Shown: one piece after another, positions 45,901 to 55,700 of the stretch | Numbering within the stretch: the first letter of the stretch is position 1 | Layout of the letters: every line of letters begins with the position of its first letter | Source of the DNA: a virus | Length of the DNA: 64,000 nt | Virus record (IMG/VR): IMGVR_UViG_3300023181_000004 | Span: 19,297-83,296 of that record | Direction: 5' to 3' (one strand) | Notes under the pieces: generated by a model | Told to the model about the DNA's origin: nothing | Seen by the model: the letters and a program-made list of their open reading frames with translations, nothing else | Database searches by the model: none | Program-made: the position numbers and the translations under genes

Positions 45901-47343
45901 CTTTCGTGCGATTATTACAGACGCAGAAACTCGTCCGCTCGGAAAAGCACTTCCTGAAATAATTGTGCTGGTATCAAGAGCGCCTAAAGCAGACCCAGAG
46001 GCGGCAGGCGTCCGTAGACGTTTTGCTCCTCCCTGTGTTACGACAGTGAAACCGATACCAGACCAAGATTGCGCTGCCCCAACGGACAAATACTCATATT
46101 CTGGATCGCTATAAAGATTTGGACTATACGAAGCAGCGTCAATAAGACTCCGTGCTAGTGCCAAAGCTGATACAGAAGAAGATGCCGCTGCTGCCAAACT
46201 TACTGTGTCAGAGAGCGCCTTCGGCGATAGAGGGGGACTACGATAATGGGGGTCAGCACCATTACGGATAGTTAGGTGCGACACATCCATTTGGACTGTC
46301 GTCTCTACGCGAATGAACCAACCGATTTTGGCAGCACCTGCCGGAATAGCGACGTTCTGTGCGACGATCAGTTCTGTAGGGGTCGTAATTGCCGCAGTCG
46401 GCACTTTCCGAGTAAAGTAACCCGGTTCAGCCGGATAGTCTGAAGTTGAAACATCTGGCCAGTTTACAGCACCGCCATTTGCATCCAAGGCATACAGTCG
46501 AACACGAAGAGCACCATCGCTAGTTGCAGCCTTTTGCGATATAATAATCGAAGCTGAAACACGACCGTTTGGGAAGGCAGAGACTGGCACCATACGGGTC
46601 GGGCTATCAATCATAGCCAATGCTGAGGCTGACGACGGAGTCCGCAGGCGCTTTGCACCATTACTGACTACCACCGTCATGTTGGAGCCGCTCCAACTTT
46701 GAACGGCATCAACATTCAAATATTCAATTTCAGGATCGTTTGAAAGATTAGGGTTAGAATTATTGGCGGGAAGTTGCGAATTGGCAATTGCCAAATCACG
46801 TGCGGCAACTGCTAGATCGCGAGCATTAGTGGTTTGCAGCAATAGATCATTAAATGCGGTCGTTGCTGTGGAAATAACACTGCTAAGTGAGGTGGTACTT
46901 GCAGTAGTCGCGGCAGAAATTTGCGCCAAAGCTGAAGTTAAAGCGGTTCCAACTACTTGCGCAAGGGAGTCATAGAACCACTGAGCGTATTGCCAGCCAC
47001 TGCCGCCGACCCGAACATAAGGGCCGTTCTTGGCGGTATCCGGATCGGCATAGACCAGCACCATCGTGCCGGGAATAAAGCCGTTGGCATCAGCCCCGTC
47101 GAGGTCGGCCTTCGTGGCGAAGCGCGATGCGAAGCCGGTCGTGGCCATCGCCATGATCTTGGCCGGCGATTCCAGATAGCGGGTGAAACCGCTCAAATCC
47201 GTCAGCGGAAAGACACCATCGTGATTGACACCGCCGTCGGCGGCGCCGGTCATCCACGAATAGAACAGACCGTCGCGGACGGCCACCTTCGCGACATAGT
47301 CCGCAATCTGAGCTGCGAGATCTGAGGGAGTTACATCAACCAT
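42994..47343 (-). CDS. Tail fiber/tailspike with three tandem ~200-aa repeats and a probable C-terminal beta-helix
   Basis: 1449 aa after gpJ; NPNL..DP..EY / IR[ND]G[AS]DPHY repeats; GDGLNGH..DDGYSDH beta-helix-like motifs; low GC. Confidence 0.75.
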   Translation of the reverse strand: MVDVTPSDLAAQIADYVAKVAVRDGLFYSWMTGAADGGVNHDGVFPLTDLSGFTRYLESPAKIMAMATTGFASRFATKADLDGADANGFIPGTMVLVYADPDTAKNGPYVRVGGSGWQYAQWFYDSLAQVVGTALTSALAQISAATTASTTSLSSVISTATTAFNDLLLQTTNARDLAVAARDLAIANSQLPANNSNPNLSNDPEIEYLNVDAVQSWSGSNMTVVVSNGAKRLRTPSSASALAMIDSPTRMVPVSAFPNGRVSASIIISQKAATSDGALRVRLYALDANGGAVNWPDVSTSDYPAEPGYFTRKVPTAAITTPTELIVAQNVAIPAGAAKIGWFIRVETTVQMDVSHLTIRNGADPHYRSPPLSPKALSDTVSLAAAASSSVSALALARSLIDAASYSPNLYSDPEYEYLSVGAAQSWSGIGFTVVTQGGAKRLRTPAASGSALGALDTSTIISGSAFPSGRVSASVIIARKDISGAASDLRFRLIAKDSSGNQLVWPDVSKSDETTPNYYSRYAPTAAITVPTELVIAENIVLPTNTATLQVMVRIDSTPTMDFSHLSIRDGADPHYRAVRVSPKSVADALTLANAALNTASAIGSDNSNPNLYTDPDLEYYSVGDNVSFGGTNFPVVLSGGAKRMRTPSVSAPTGLIDLVSRRIPISSFPSGLVSASIIVARKDASAAATDIRFRLYAYDASGTQLVWPTVAGQDESGQNLLGRYIPAAAITKPTEIIVAKAVALPANTATIGIGVRLDTTATMDFAQITVRNGSDPHYVPPKISPKQVADYAAAIASLPPEDAADIAAQLPNRFTADELDVKTMRYASGNVNSLTATTTGADQRPCWSVVAPTGLPSEFGSFFGAIPRSDLSNGSGFFSAAVQIYGLDSYNGTGSAAAQTCRVLVIQRNSSQIEITGTRVTLSASVTGPGWLRQAGIALHADTAFVVFYIAVNNVSGSVPRALRFGDMLLAPGSNAIFRRPVSSSQSSSGGGGGVLFISPTGVDTAAGTQTAPMFSAQAAVNKMNGAGTIIALFGTYSQSQMRIAPSTLTGKLTILGRRSSSSTEYDNYPVVYCADKLTGITKTSGFTKVYQVHLTTPPTLANFNWAYQDGVADPRTVIPTAERSPQHRGRPNRLHWATKLVKTTASTLAAAQAEIDASDNNDPKAFIDDSTGIMYFSIVGGGDGSAANIYLDNTQGLFSTTGSLRESAPELLIMGLEVRYGGIDCSFFRRAHLDEVFVFGAATNCVYYSVLSFGTLECACSGSQAGLVGDGLNGHIGAKITDGSDYYGHDCRDDGYSDHEGSSTRLHGGLVEYNGGTGCAPAYGCDDIIINVISRKNQQRGTYKKAGMYATGAPTAGASGGDGGVDTRVVFINCISIGDIIGFADDRSSTSNTVITVCINCKVYDQTGAYGYDVAEMRDCGWSGTVGIARRLDGGATIVKNTALVS

Positions 47344-47399
47344 TCTGTCCGCGTACCGATCGTCTATTTGAGGGTCAACAGCTTTTCGCTCAACCGCCT

Positions 47400-50300
47400 T
47401 TACGGAATATCTGCCTTGAGATTGTGCGAGAGCAAACCGTTCGAGATATACGTGCGCGCTGCGGCCACCGAAATCTTGGCGATCATAGCCCGACCGTCAG
47501 GGATGCCTACATTTTGCGCAAGCATCCAGCGGTTGTGCATATAGATCTTATGATTCTTGGTGGCACGAAGGACATGGCCCTCATGCTTGATCAAGAACAC
47601 ATCTTCCTCACGGAACGACACCGCCTCGACTGGGAAGGTGCCCCACTGGAAGGTGGACTCATGCTGCGTCAGCACCATCTCATTTGGCTTGAGATCGCCC
47701 GCGCGCTTGAGACCGCCATCAGCCATGAGAATAAGGCTCTCCACATCCACGCAGTGATACGGCGGGTTGGGGTCATAACCGCCATCGCCCGGATCAGGCG
47801 GCGTCTCACTCGGAGCCGACGCGGTGCTGGTGAAACTATCAAAGAACACACGGCTCAGCTCTTCGACATACAGCGATCGTGAGGAGAAGCCGGCGCTCTC
47901 ACCACCCGATGTTCCCTGCTTCGAAGCCTGAACACGGTAGGTGGCTTGGGTGCCGGCCTCGCTCGCGTCCATCGAGAAGAAGGAGATAACACGACCTTCA
48001 TCTTCAAGACGCGTGCGCGACAAAGAGCCAGTTCCGCCCCAAATCACCGTGTCGATCCCGTAGGCTTGACGAAGGATACGAATGTTGACTGGCGTACTAT
48101 CATCGTCAGCAATCGCACGGGCAAAGCAACTGTAATTGATCTTAACCGGCTTGCTGTAGGCGGGGGTCATAGTAACTACCGCCAAATCATGCCAGTTATT
48201 ATCACTATTGATAACAAGTTCGGCGCTATTATAATAGAGACCCGCCTTACCCATTGCTCCATCAAGCAAGCTTTCACCAACCACGGCACCGATCTTGATA
48301 CGATCAACTTCAACGTTCGACATCTTGACGACACCATTCTCATAGGAGAACGGAATAATAGCGTTGCCGTTGTTTGGATCGATCAGACGAAACACATTCG
48401 TCAAAATCGAATAGGTCGACACTGCACCAGTGTTGGTGTTGTACGTGCCAGTGATATTGCCATTGATATCGAGCAACTGCATCGACTTGGCATAGCCACC
48501 CGACGGCCCAGCAAAGGCTTGCTGCAGACTCGTGAAACTTGCTTCGTTAGTTCCAAAGCGAGCGGTAATAGAACTGATCGACGTAGACAATGAAGAGTTG
48601 AGGTCAGACACACTAGTTTGGAGCGACGTGATATCCCCTTCGGCCACACCAACGCGCGTGCTGAGCGAACTAATTGACTGAGCAGTAGAGGTATTGAGAT
48701 CAGAATAAGCTTGCTGCAAGTTTGAAATACTTGTCTCGTTTAATCCAAAACGAGTAGCTACGCCTTCAAAACTTGAAGCAGTTGCTGAGGTTAGCGTCAC
48801 AACAGTAGTATCTAGGTCACGAACTGTTGCTTCATTTGTATCAAACCGAGATGATATTAAGGTAAAATTAGTACCTGTAGAGGAAGCCAAATCTGTAACA
48901 GCTTGACTAACATTTTGAATTTCAGTTTCGTTATCACCAACACTGGTGTCAATGGAACTAAACCGTTCACTCAAAGACATTGTTGGAGAGACACGTAAAG
49001 TATCAGTGTCGAGTATCCAAGCCATGCCATCGCCGGAACGTGCACCAAAGAACAAGAAATTCTGTGCGAAAACCGTGTCAGCAGCAATGCTGCGCTTATT
49101 GTTTTCGACAACTACTACACCAAGAGGTATGCCCTCAAGAAAGAGACGAGCGTCAGCATATTGACGTAGAGTCTCTCGATCGAGAATGTCTTTGATCTGA
49201 GTGTTAGCGAGCTTAGTCACCTCGCCGCGTGCGTCATCGAGGCTTTTATTGGCTGCAGCAAGATCAGCCAAGACCGCTGCTACGGTGCGCGTGCCGATCG
49301 GTGACGTCGGATTGGCAGAATTGGTCGCGCCCGGCTCCGCGGGCTGGAGCGACTCCATATCCTGCCCGTCGGTGTATTTGATATCCCCTGCGTCGAGGAT
49401 TTCCTGCGTCACCTCGTAGGTGTCGGTGAGCGGCACCGACACGCCGCCGCGGCGGTCGTTCGTCACCACCTCGACGTGATAGATGCCCGCAACCGGGTTG
49501 ACCCATTCGAACGTGGTCTCTTGAGTCTTTTCGACAGCAGTTTTCAGCGCACCGCCGTTGATCGAATACTTGACCGTGAAGCCGTTGATGAACGCCCCCG
49601 ACGGGCGCACCCACGTCGCAACGAGATTGACGCTGTTGCCCTGCTCCACTGGCACCTTGATCAGGCTCAGGACACGGCCTGACTGCGGCAGACGCGGCGG
49701 CGGCACGGCGCCACGCAGGTCTTGGAAGACCGTGTCCTCCTTGCTGACATTGTCGCTGGCGGCCCACTTGCCCGTGTCGATGTTGATAGCCGAGATCGAG
49801 ACACGTTCACCATCATCACCGGGCATAACGCTCGTGACGCGGAACAGACGAGGCATCGTTGGTAGATCGGTGGCTTCGAGCGCAATGGCAAGATTGTCGG
49901 CGATCGTATCGGGCAAGGCGGTGTCAAGATAAACGGTCGTCACCGAACCGCGCTGCCCCGACGTGTTGACCACGTTGCGGTAGATCGAGAGGGTGGGCTT
50001 GGTCCAGTTCGCGTCGCTCGGCTGACCGGCAACGTCGGGGTTGTAGCTCGGGTTCGGAACCGTGAACCACATCTTATAGGCGATGCCAGGGGCGAGGTAC
50101 ATCGGATCGCGCACGACGATCGACGTGCGATCTGGCGCGACCGCGACGGTGCGGCCGGTGGTGCGCTTGTCCTGATCGCCGAGATCGCCATCGGCGATCA
50201 GGATCGTCGACAGCTGTTCAATGTTCCGCCCGCGCCGGTTCGTCGTGAAGGTGACGATGCGGTTCTCATTGACCGTCGAACGAATGCGCAGCTTGACGCG

Positions 50301-51815
50301 ACGCATCGCTTCCTGTCGCGAAGTACAACCGACGAGAGCGATCGTCGTCGGCTTGCGGCCGAGCAGCGCGATCGACGCGTTGTCGTAGAGATGGACCGCG
50401 TCAGCGCGATAATCCATCTCGGCGTTTTTGAACTGGCCAATGATGTCGTTGAAACGCGTGTCCACGTCGGTGTGGGAATAGACAAACTCGCCTTCGATGT
50501 TATCGAGAGTGAAGATGTCCGAAGGCGCATCGGCCTTATCGACCTTGACGCGCCACTCGCCGTTGCCTTGATCCCACGCCAGCGCGCCGACCGCGCCCGC
50601 GAGATAGCGGATGAACTCCTCGGCCTTCTGAGGCTGGGAGATCGCGATGTTCATGTTGTAGCGCGGCTCGGTCCCACCGTTACCATCCGGCACGCGCTCG
50701 CAACAATGCTTCGACAGATCGAGCGCATCCCATTTGTTCAAATAGGAACCACGCGCGATCAGGCTGATGCCTGACAGCTCGTCAGAAATTGCATCGTTGA
50801 TGACCCACGCAGGGTCGTTCGTATAAGCCTTGACCCATGAGCCGTCCCACACACCCGGCGTATAGGTGCGGGTGTCGGGATTATAGACGTTGCTCGACGG
50901 CACGGCGATGATCTTGGTATCGTATTCGCCGGTGATCTCCGGGACGCCGGTCAACTGATCACTGGCCTTGCCGTAGAGCTGGAGCCACGCCACGCCGCGC
51001 CAGTCTTCGTGGTCGCCCATCACACCGGCATAGACCGCAGCGAGCGACTCCCACGAGATCGTGCGCTTCTCCTGATCGGAACCATCGGTGCCGCCCGTGT
51101 ACGTCTCACGCTCCAGCAGCCGGCAGCGGACGTCCCACGCCGTGTCGGCGTAGGCGCCCTCATTGGGAACGCCAATGCGCAGCTCATAGACCGCGGCGCT
51201 GCTGGTCTTGCCGGTGATCGCATAGTTCTGCGTGGTGTTCTGGTCGACCCCGTAGGCCGACGGCACATAGGTCTTCGTGCCATCCGCATTGAAGAAGTCG
51301 GTGCCGGTGTTGCCTGCCGTGATCGTTGGGTTGATCCATGTCGTCGACCCGACGGGCTTCATCTGGATTTCGATGGTCGCCGTCGCGGTATAGATGCCCT
51401 TGGCGTCCTGACGAAAAAGCTGCTGCACGATGAAGCGAAAGTCGAGGAAATCCGCACCCGTGTTCGCGATCGTCTTTGTGATCCAGACCGGATTGTTGCC
51501 GTTCTCGTTGGGCAGCGACAGCCCGATCTGCATCGGCGACGCCCCGGCGCCGAGCTTTAGCTGGACCTTCTGCGGGAATTTGAGAGGGTCACCATCGCCG
51601 AGCGTGGCGGTGAAGTCCTGCAAGTTCTGCTCGCCGGTTTCATTCTCAATGGCCGTGCCATCGACCTTGATCGATTTGAGGCCGCGCGTCGGCCCCTTGA
51701 TGCCACCGATGCAGAGGCCGAGCACACCTTCAAACGTGTCATTCGACCGCAAGTTGTCCGGGGTCTGTTTGAACGAAGAGCTGCTGCCCTTTGCGCCTGC
51801 GAACATCGATGTCAC
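47400..51815 (-). CDS. Tail tip / host-specificity protein J-like with C-terminal Hint domain
   Basis: WDGSWVKAYTNDPAW, PDGNGGTEPRY, GCTSRQEAMR, FN3-like segment; C-terminal CV..TKNH..SHN. Confidence 0.85.
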   Translation of the reverse strand: MTSMFAGAKGSSSSFKQTPDNLRSNDTFEGVLGLCIGGIKGPTRGLKSIKVDGTAIENETGEQNLQDFTATLGDGDPLKFPQKVQLKLGAGASPMQIGLSLPNENGNNPVWITKTIANTGADFLDFRFIVQQLFRQDAKGIYTATATIEIQMKPVGSTTWINPTITAGNTGTDFFNADGTKTYVPSAYGVDQNTTQNYAITGKTSSAAVYELRIGVPNEGAYADTAWDVRCRLLERETYTGGTDGSDQEKRTISWESLAAVYAGVMGDHEDWRGVAWLQLYGKASDQLTGVPEITGEYDTKIIAVPSSNVYNPDTRTYTPGVWDGSWVKAYTNDPAWVINDAISDELSGISLIARGSYLNKWDALDLSKHCCERVPDGNGGTEPRYNMNIAISQPQKAEEFIRYLAGAVGALAWDQGNGEWRVKVDKADAPSDIFTLDNIEGEFVYSHTDVDTRFNDIIGQFKNAEMDYRADAVHLYDNASIALLGRKPTTIALVGCTSRQEAMRRVKLRIRSTVNENRIVTFTTNRRGRNIEQLSTILIADGDLGDQDKRTTGRTVAVAPDRTSIVVRDPMYLAPGIAYKMWFTVPNPSYNPDVAGQPSDANWTKPTLSIYRNVVNTSGQRGSVTTVYLDTALPDTIADNLAIALEATDLPTMPRLFRVTSVMPGDDGERVSISAINIDTGKWAASDNVSKEDTVFQDLRGAVPPPRLPQSGRVLSLIKVPVEQGNSVNLVATWVRPSGAFINGFTVKYSINGGALKTAVEKTQETTFEWVNPVAGIYHVEVVTNDRRGGVSVPLTDTYEVTQEILDAGDIKYTDGQDMESLQPAEPGATNSANPTSPIGTRTVAAVLADLAAANKSLDDARGEVTKLANTQIKDILDRETLRQYADARLFLEGIPLGVVVVENNKRSIAADTVFAQNFLFFGARSGDGMAWILDTDTLRVSPTMSLSERFSSIDTSVGDNETEIQNVSQAVTDLASSTGTNFTLISSRFDTNEATVRDLDTTVVTLTSATASSFEGVATRFGLNETSISNLQQAYSDLNTSTAQSISSLSTRVGVAEGDITSLQTSVSDLNSSLSTSISSITARFGTNEASFTSLQQAFAGPSGGYAKSMQLLDINGNITGTYNTNTGAVSTYSILTNVFRLIDPNNGNAIIPFSYENGVVKMSNVEVDRIKIGAVVGESLLDGAMGKAGLYYNSAELVINSDNNWHDLAVVTMTPAYSKPVKINYSCFARAIADDDSTPVNIRILRQAYGIDTVIWGGTGSLSRTRLEDEGRVISFFSMDASEAGTQATYRVQASKQGTSGGESAGFSSRSLYVEELSRVFFDSFTSTASAPSETPPDPGDGGYDPNPPYHCVDVESLILMADGGLKRAGDLKPNEMVLTQHESTFQWGTFPVEAVSFREEDVFLIKHEGHVLRATKNHKIYMHNRWMLAQNVGIPDGRAMIAKISVAAARTYISNGLLSHNLKADIP

Positions 51816-51817
51816 CT

Positions 51818-52369
51818 CTACGTGAGGACGCCTATCGCAAGACCTAGCTGCCTGTCCACCTTCGTGACAGAGCGGTTGTCGATTAAATCACCAGGGGCAA
51901 CCGCCGAACCAGTGATAAACCGCATCTGCTCGAAGTTGATACGCATCTCGCGATCGGCCTGCTCACGATCCAGCGGTTCGAGCGCGGCCCAAATCAGCCC
52001 GATCTGCTGGACTGGACCTTCTTTATATTCACGAGCGATCGGGTCCATCACTTTGGTGCGACGCGAAAGCGAGTACCGACCAGTCGGTTCGAACAAACGG
52101 AAGCTGTCCCACAGCGTGCCCTCGCGCTGCTCCGACGGACCGTTCTCGCCCACGATGAACGGCGAACCGCCCGGCGATTGAATAACCATGCCAGCGCGCA
52201 GCGCCGTCGGAAAGGGCGTGCGCAGGACATGGCGGGGCTGCACGAACACGTAGCTGGGCTGCGAGTTCTGATCCGTCTCCGACAGAATGGCTTTGATCAC
52301 GCCGCGCCCACCCTCGATCACAAGGAACGGCAGCTCGAAGCGCCGGCTGACGGAGGCGAGGCTAACCAT
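51818..52369 (-). CDS. Virion structural protein (head-closure/adaptor-like candidate)
   Basis: TAATG coupling in the tail operon. Confidence 0.5.
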   Translation of the reverse strand: MVSLASVSRRFELPFLVIEGGRGVIKAILSETDQNSQPSYVFVQPRHVLRTPFPTALRAGMVIQSPGGSPFIVGENGPSEQREGTLWDSFRLFEPTGRYSLSRRTKVMDPIAREYKEGPVQQIGLIWAALEPLDREQADREMRINFEQMRFITGSAVAPGDLIDNRSVTKVDRQLGLAIGVLT

Positions 52370-52776
52370 TAGCTCGTGTATCCTGGGTTGTGATGGATGA
52401 AGTTCACCTCCACCGGCTTGATGAAGCCTCCGCTCATGGCCTCCGCAGCCGGCACCGTCAATGGCGCTGCGAAGCGCACGACCATATTGCCGAAGTGTTG
52501 GTGAGGCAATGTAAACGGATCCCACGTTTCATGCCGCTCATAGAATTTCTCCAGAGCGCGAGCGTTGAAATTCGTGTTCGTGGTATCGTCATACAGCCCG
52601 GTAGTGTCATCGATATACCAGCGAAGCCCATAGAGCGTCAGCTTGATCTTCTTCTGGTATGGCGTCGTCGGGCGCGAGCTGAACTGCCAGCCGCCCAACG
52701 ACATCGTGCTCTGCGGAGCATCGCGCGGCAACGTCTCGGGGACGTTTCGACTAGGGCAGAAGTTGAACGTGTCCAT
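52369..52776 (-). CDS. Minor tail / distal tail protein (lambda gpM-like)
   Basis: Directly after TMP; LEKFYERH..PF..VRF pattern. Confidence 0.65.
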   Translation of the reverse strand: MDTFNFCPSRNVPETLPRDAPQSTMSLGGWQFSSRPTTPYQKKIKLTLYGLRWYIDDTTGLYDDTTNTNFNARALEKFYERHETWDPFTLPHQHFGNMVVRFAAPLTVPAAEAMSGGFIKPVEVNFIHHNPGYTS

Positions 52777-55700
52777 TATCGATCACTCGCAATATGCTGC
52801 ACCAGCCGCTTGCCGTCGCCATTCATCAGCTCATCATTCAGAATGACGCGCACGTCATTCGGACCCAGCGTCGGCTGCTGTGCGGCGGGGACAACGTAGA
52901 CGTTCGTCTCGGTGTGGTTCTTCATATCAAGCTTCGGCACTGCCTGCAATGAGTCGAGCGCTTTGGCGCCGTGCTGGTTGAGACGCGCCATGAATTTGTT
53001 GCCGACGCTGTCCACCGACTTCTTCTGCACGACCCATTCGCCGCGCGCGAGGCGGGCGTCAACGCTATCAGCTGCCGTGCTGCCGTTCTCGACAGAGCCG
53101 CCCATCTTGCGATAGATCTTGCCGTCATCGCCGAGCGTGCCGCCCTTGAACGCCGGTGGTCCGACGAAGCCCTGCGTCCCGCCGCTGGCGGCCGGCGCTG
53201 CCTTGGAGCCAAGGAAGGATGCACCAAGATTGAGCAGCAGGTTCATGATCTGCGTGGCGACCGCCTTCGCCGCCAGCTGGACCATCCATTGCATGATGCC
53301 CTTGGCGAAGCTCGCGAAGGCACCGAGCGCGCTCTGCGACCCATCCATGATCGACGTGAACATGGTCGCCAGCCCAGTGTTCACCGTGTCCAGCGCGCCG
53401 CCGAGGTTCATGATCAGACTCTGCGAAAAAGTCTGGTTCATATTGTTGGCTTGGCGATATGCCTCGATTGCCTTATTGAGACCATCGCTGAACGAGGTCG
53501 GCAGCAGACCACCGGCATTCAGCTGCGCGCCGAGCGCCTCGCGGTTCGCCATGAGCTTCTGCAGCTCGACGTTCATCGTTGCGAGCTGGGCGTTGACCGT
53601 CTCCGGGTTGACGCCCGCTGAGCCGATCGTGCTCTGCAGCGTCGACATCGCCGTCTGCTGCGCGCTGATCTGCGCGGGCAACGCTGTATATTGCGCCTTG
53701 GTCACATTCTCCTGCGCCATCGCCACCCGGTCGTTGGCAAGGCTCTTGACATAGTCCGGCACCTTGTTGCGCAGCGAGTAGCTATCGAGACCAGTGACCT
53801 GTGCCTGTGCGGTCTGCAGTGATGCATTTGCGCTCTGCGTCGCTTGCTCAAACGCGGTCGCTGCCGCCTTGGTCTGCTTCTCGACGCTCTTTATGATCGC
53901 ATCGGTGACCTTCTGATTGAAGTCCTCGACGTTCTGGGCGATCGTCTGCTGAACCTGCAGCATGCGAGCATTGAACTGCGTCGACCCCGGCGCGATGCCG
54001 CTGGCGGCCAACTCGTTGAGTGCCTGATCCTTGAGCTGGCCGTTGACCTTGTCGAGCGCTGCCTTCGCCGCGGCGACCGACGTGTCGAAGGTTTCCTTGG
54101 TCGTCGCGCGCGCGACCTCCTTGAGCTGCGTGGCAAGGTTAGCCTGATCGAGCGCGAGCTGCGCCTGATCCAGCTTCACATCATACTTGTCCTCGTTCTC
54201 TTCCGTGCGATCGGCGCGGCGCGTCGTGCCCTTGCGAACGCCGACGTGAATGTGCCGACCAGTGCCTTGGTTCTTGCCCTTGCCGGTCTCGTACTGAACC
54301 TGCGCGTTGATGCCAGCGGCGCGGTATTGTGCCCGCATTGTGGCCGCGTAGCGTTCGGCTTCCGCGTCCGACAGACCGCCAACGCCGAAGTCACGCGCCA
54401 GTCCGACGACATGCGGACTGGTCTTGCCGGTGGCGGGCGTCTTGCCGGCCCGGTGCATCGCATCCTGCTCGGCCGCCGTGCGTGTGCCGCTGCCGAGCTT
54501 AAGGCCAAGCGCCTGCCCGATCCGGTCGATGTCGCTCTGATTGACCAGCTTCTCCTGCTTGTCCTTCTCGCGCTGCAGCCGCGCCGCCTCGCGCGCTTCG
54601 GCCTTGGTCGGCTCCAGCGTGGCGTTGATCTGATTGCGCAGGCTGGTGACATCGGTGAGGGCGTTCTGGAGGAAATTGCGGTTTGCCCCCTGGATGCTCT
54701 TGTTCGCCAGCAACCCGTTGATATATTTGTCGAGAGCGTTGACCTTGCCCAACCCCTCGGTGCCGAGCTTGGTCTGGTCGACGCCCGTTGCCGATCCCAG
54801 CCGCGTGATGAGGTTCTGGATATCGGCCTGATCGTTGGTGATCTTGCGACCCTCACCCGTCATCGCTGCCGTGTTATCGGCGACGCGCGTGGTGATGATG
54901 TTGGCCTGTGCCGTGTTGGTCGCGATCGTACCGGCGGCCTGCACCACCTGATTGAGGCGATCGGCGAGGTCACGGTTGAAGCCACCGTTGTTCGGATCGT
55001 TGTCGGTGAAGCGCTTGACCGCGTCACCGAGAATGCCTTGCGCGCGCTGCGACTGTGGCGAGCCGGTGCCGTACTTCTGCAGCGCCGAGAGCGCGCCGCG
55101 CTCCTGCGGCGACAGCTGCGCCATGAGGCTGCTATTGCCCTGAATGCCGCTGATTGCCGCGCTGCCCCGCTGCTTCGCGTCGGCCGTCTGGAGCGCGAGC
55201 GCCGAACCCTGCGCGGTGAGGTCGGTGTTCAAAAGCTGCATCTGCGCCTGACGATAGCGCTGCACGGCGTTCGTGAGATCGTCGTAGCGATTGCCGGTGT
55301 TCGTCAGGTAGACGGCCAGCCCTTCGAAGCGCGACGTCAGCGTGGCGATCTCGGCGCCCGAGCGAATGTCGTTGCCGCGCAGCGTATCCTTCTGGACCGC
55401 AAGCCGCGCCATTTCCTTGTCCAGCTCGGTGATCTTGCCGGTCTGCTTGTCGACGGTGTCACTAGTCTCGGAGACTTGCGTCTGCAGGCGCTCGGACGCG
55501 GCGGTGGCACCATCGGACTTCTTGGTCCAGCTGTCCAGCCAGTCGCCGAAACCGGTGCCTTGCCCGGTCAAAGGATTGACGCCACCGGCCTTCTGAAACG
55601 GCGAATTTAGTCCAAGCGACGCCGTGTTGCCGAGGATATTAAATGTGCGACGAATACCTTCCTCGCCAGCAGGGGCCAGATCGGTGTTGTACCACGCCTG

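Noticed and set aside
45000-46760. Tail-fiber repeats as DGR template/variable repeats
   Set aside because: Repeats are in-frame diverged protein domains without adenine-specific differences; no reverse transcriptase in the window
47421-47753. Canonical splicing intein in gpJ
   Set aside because: The +1 residue is Leu and the C-extein is only 6 aa; treated as a cleaving Hint domain instead
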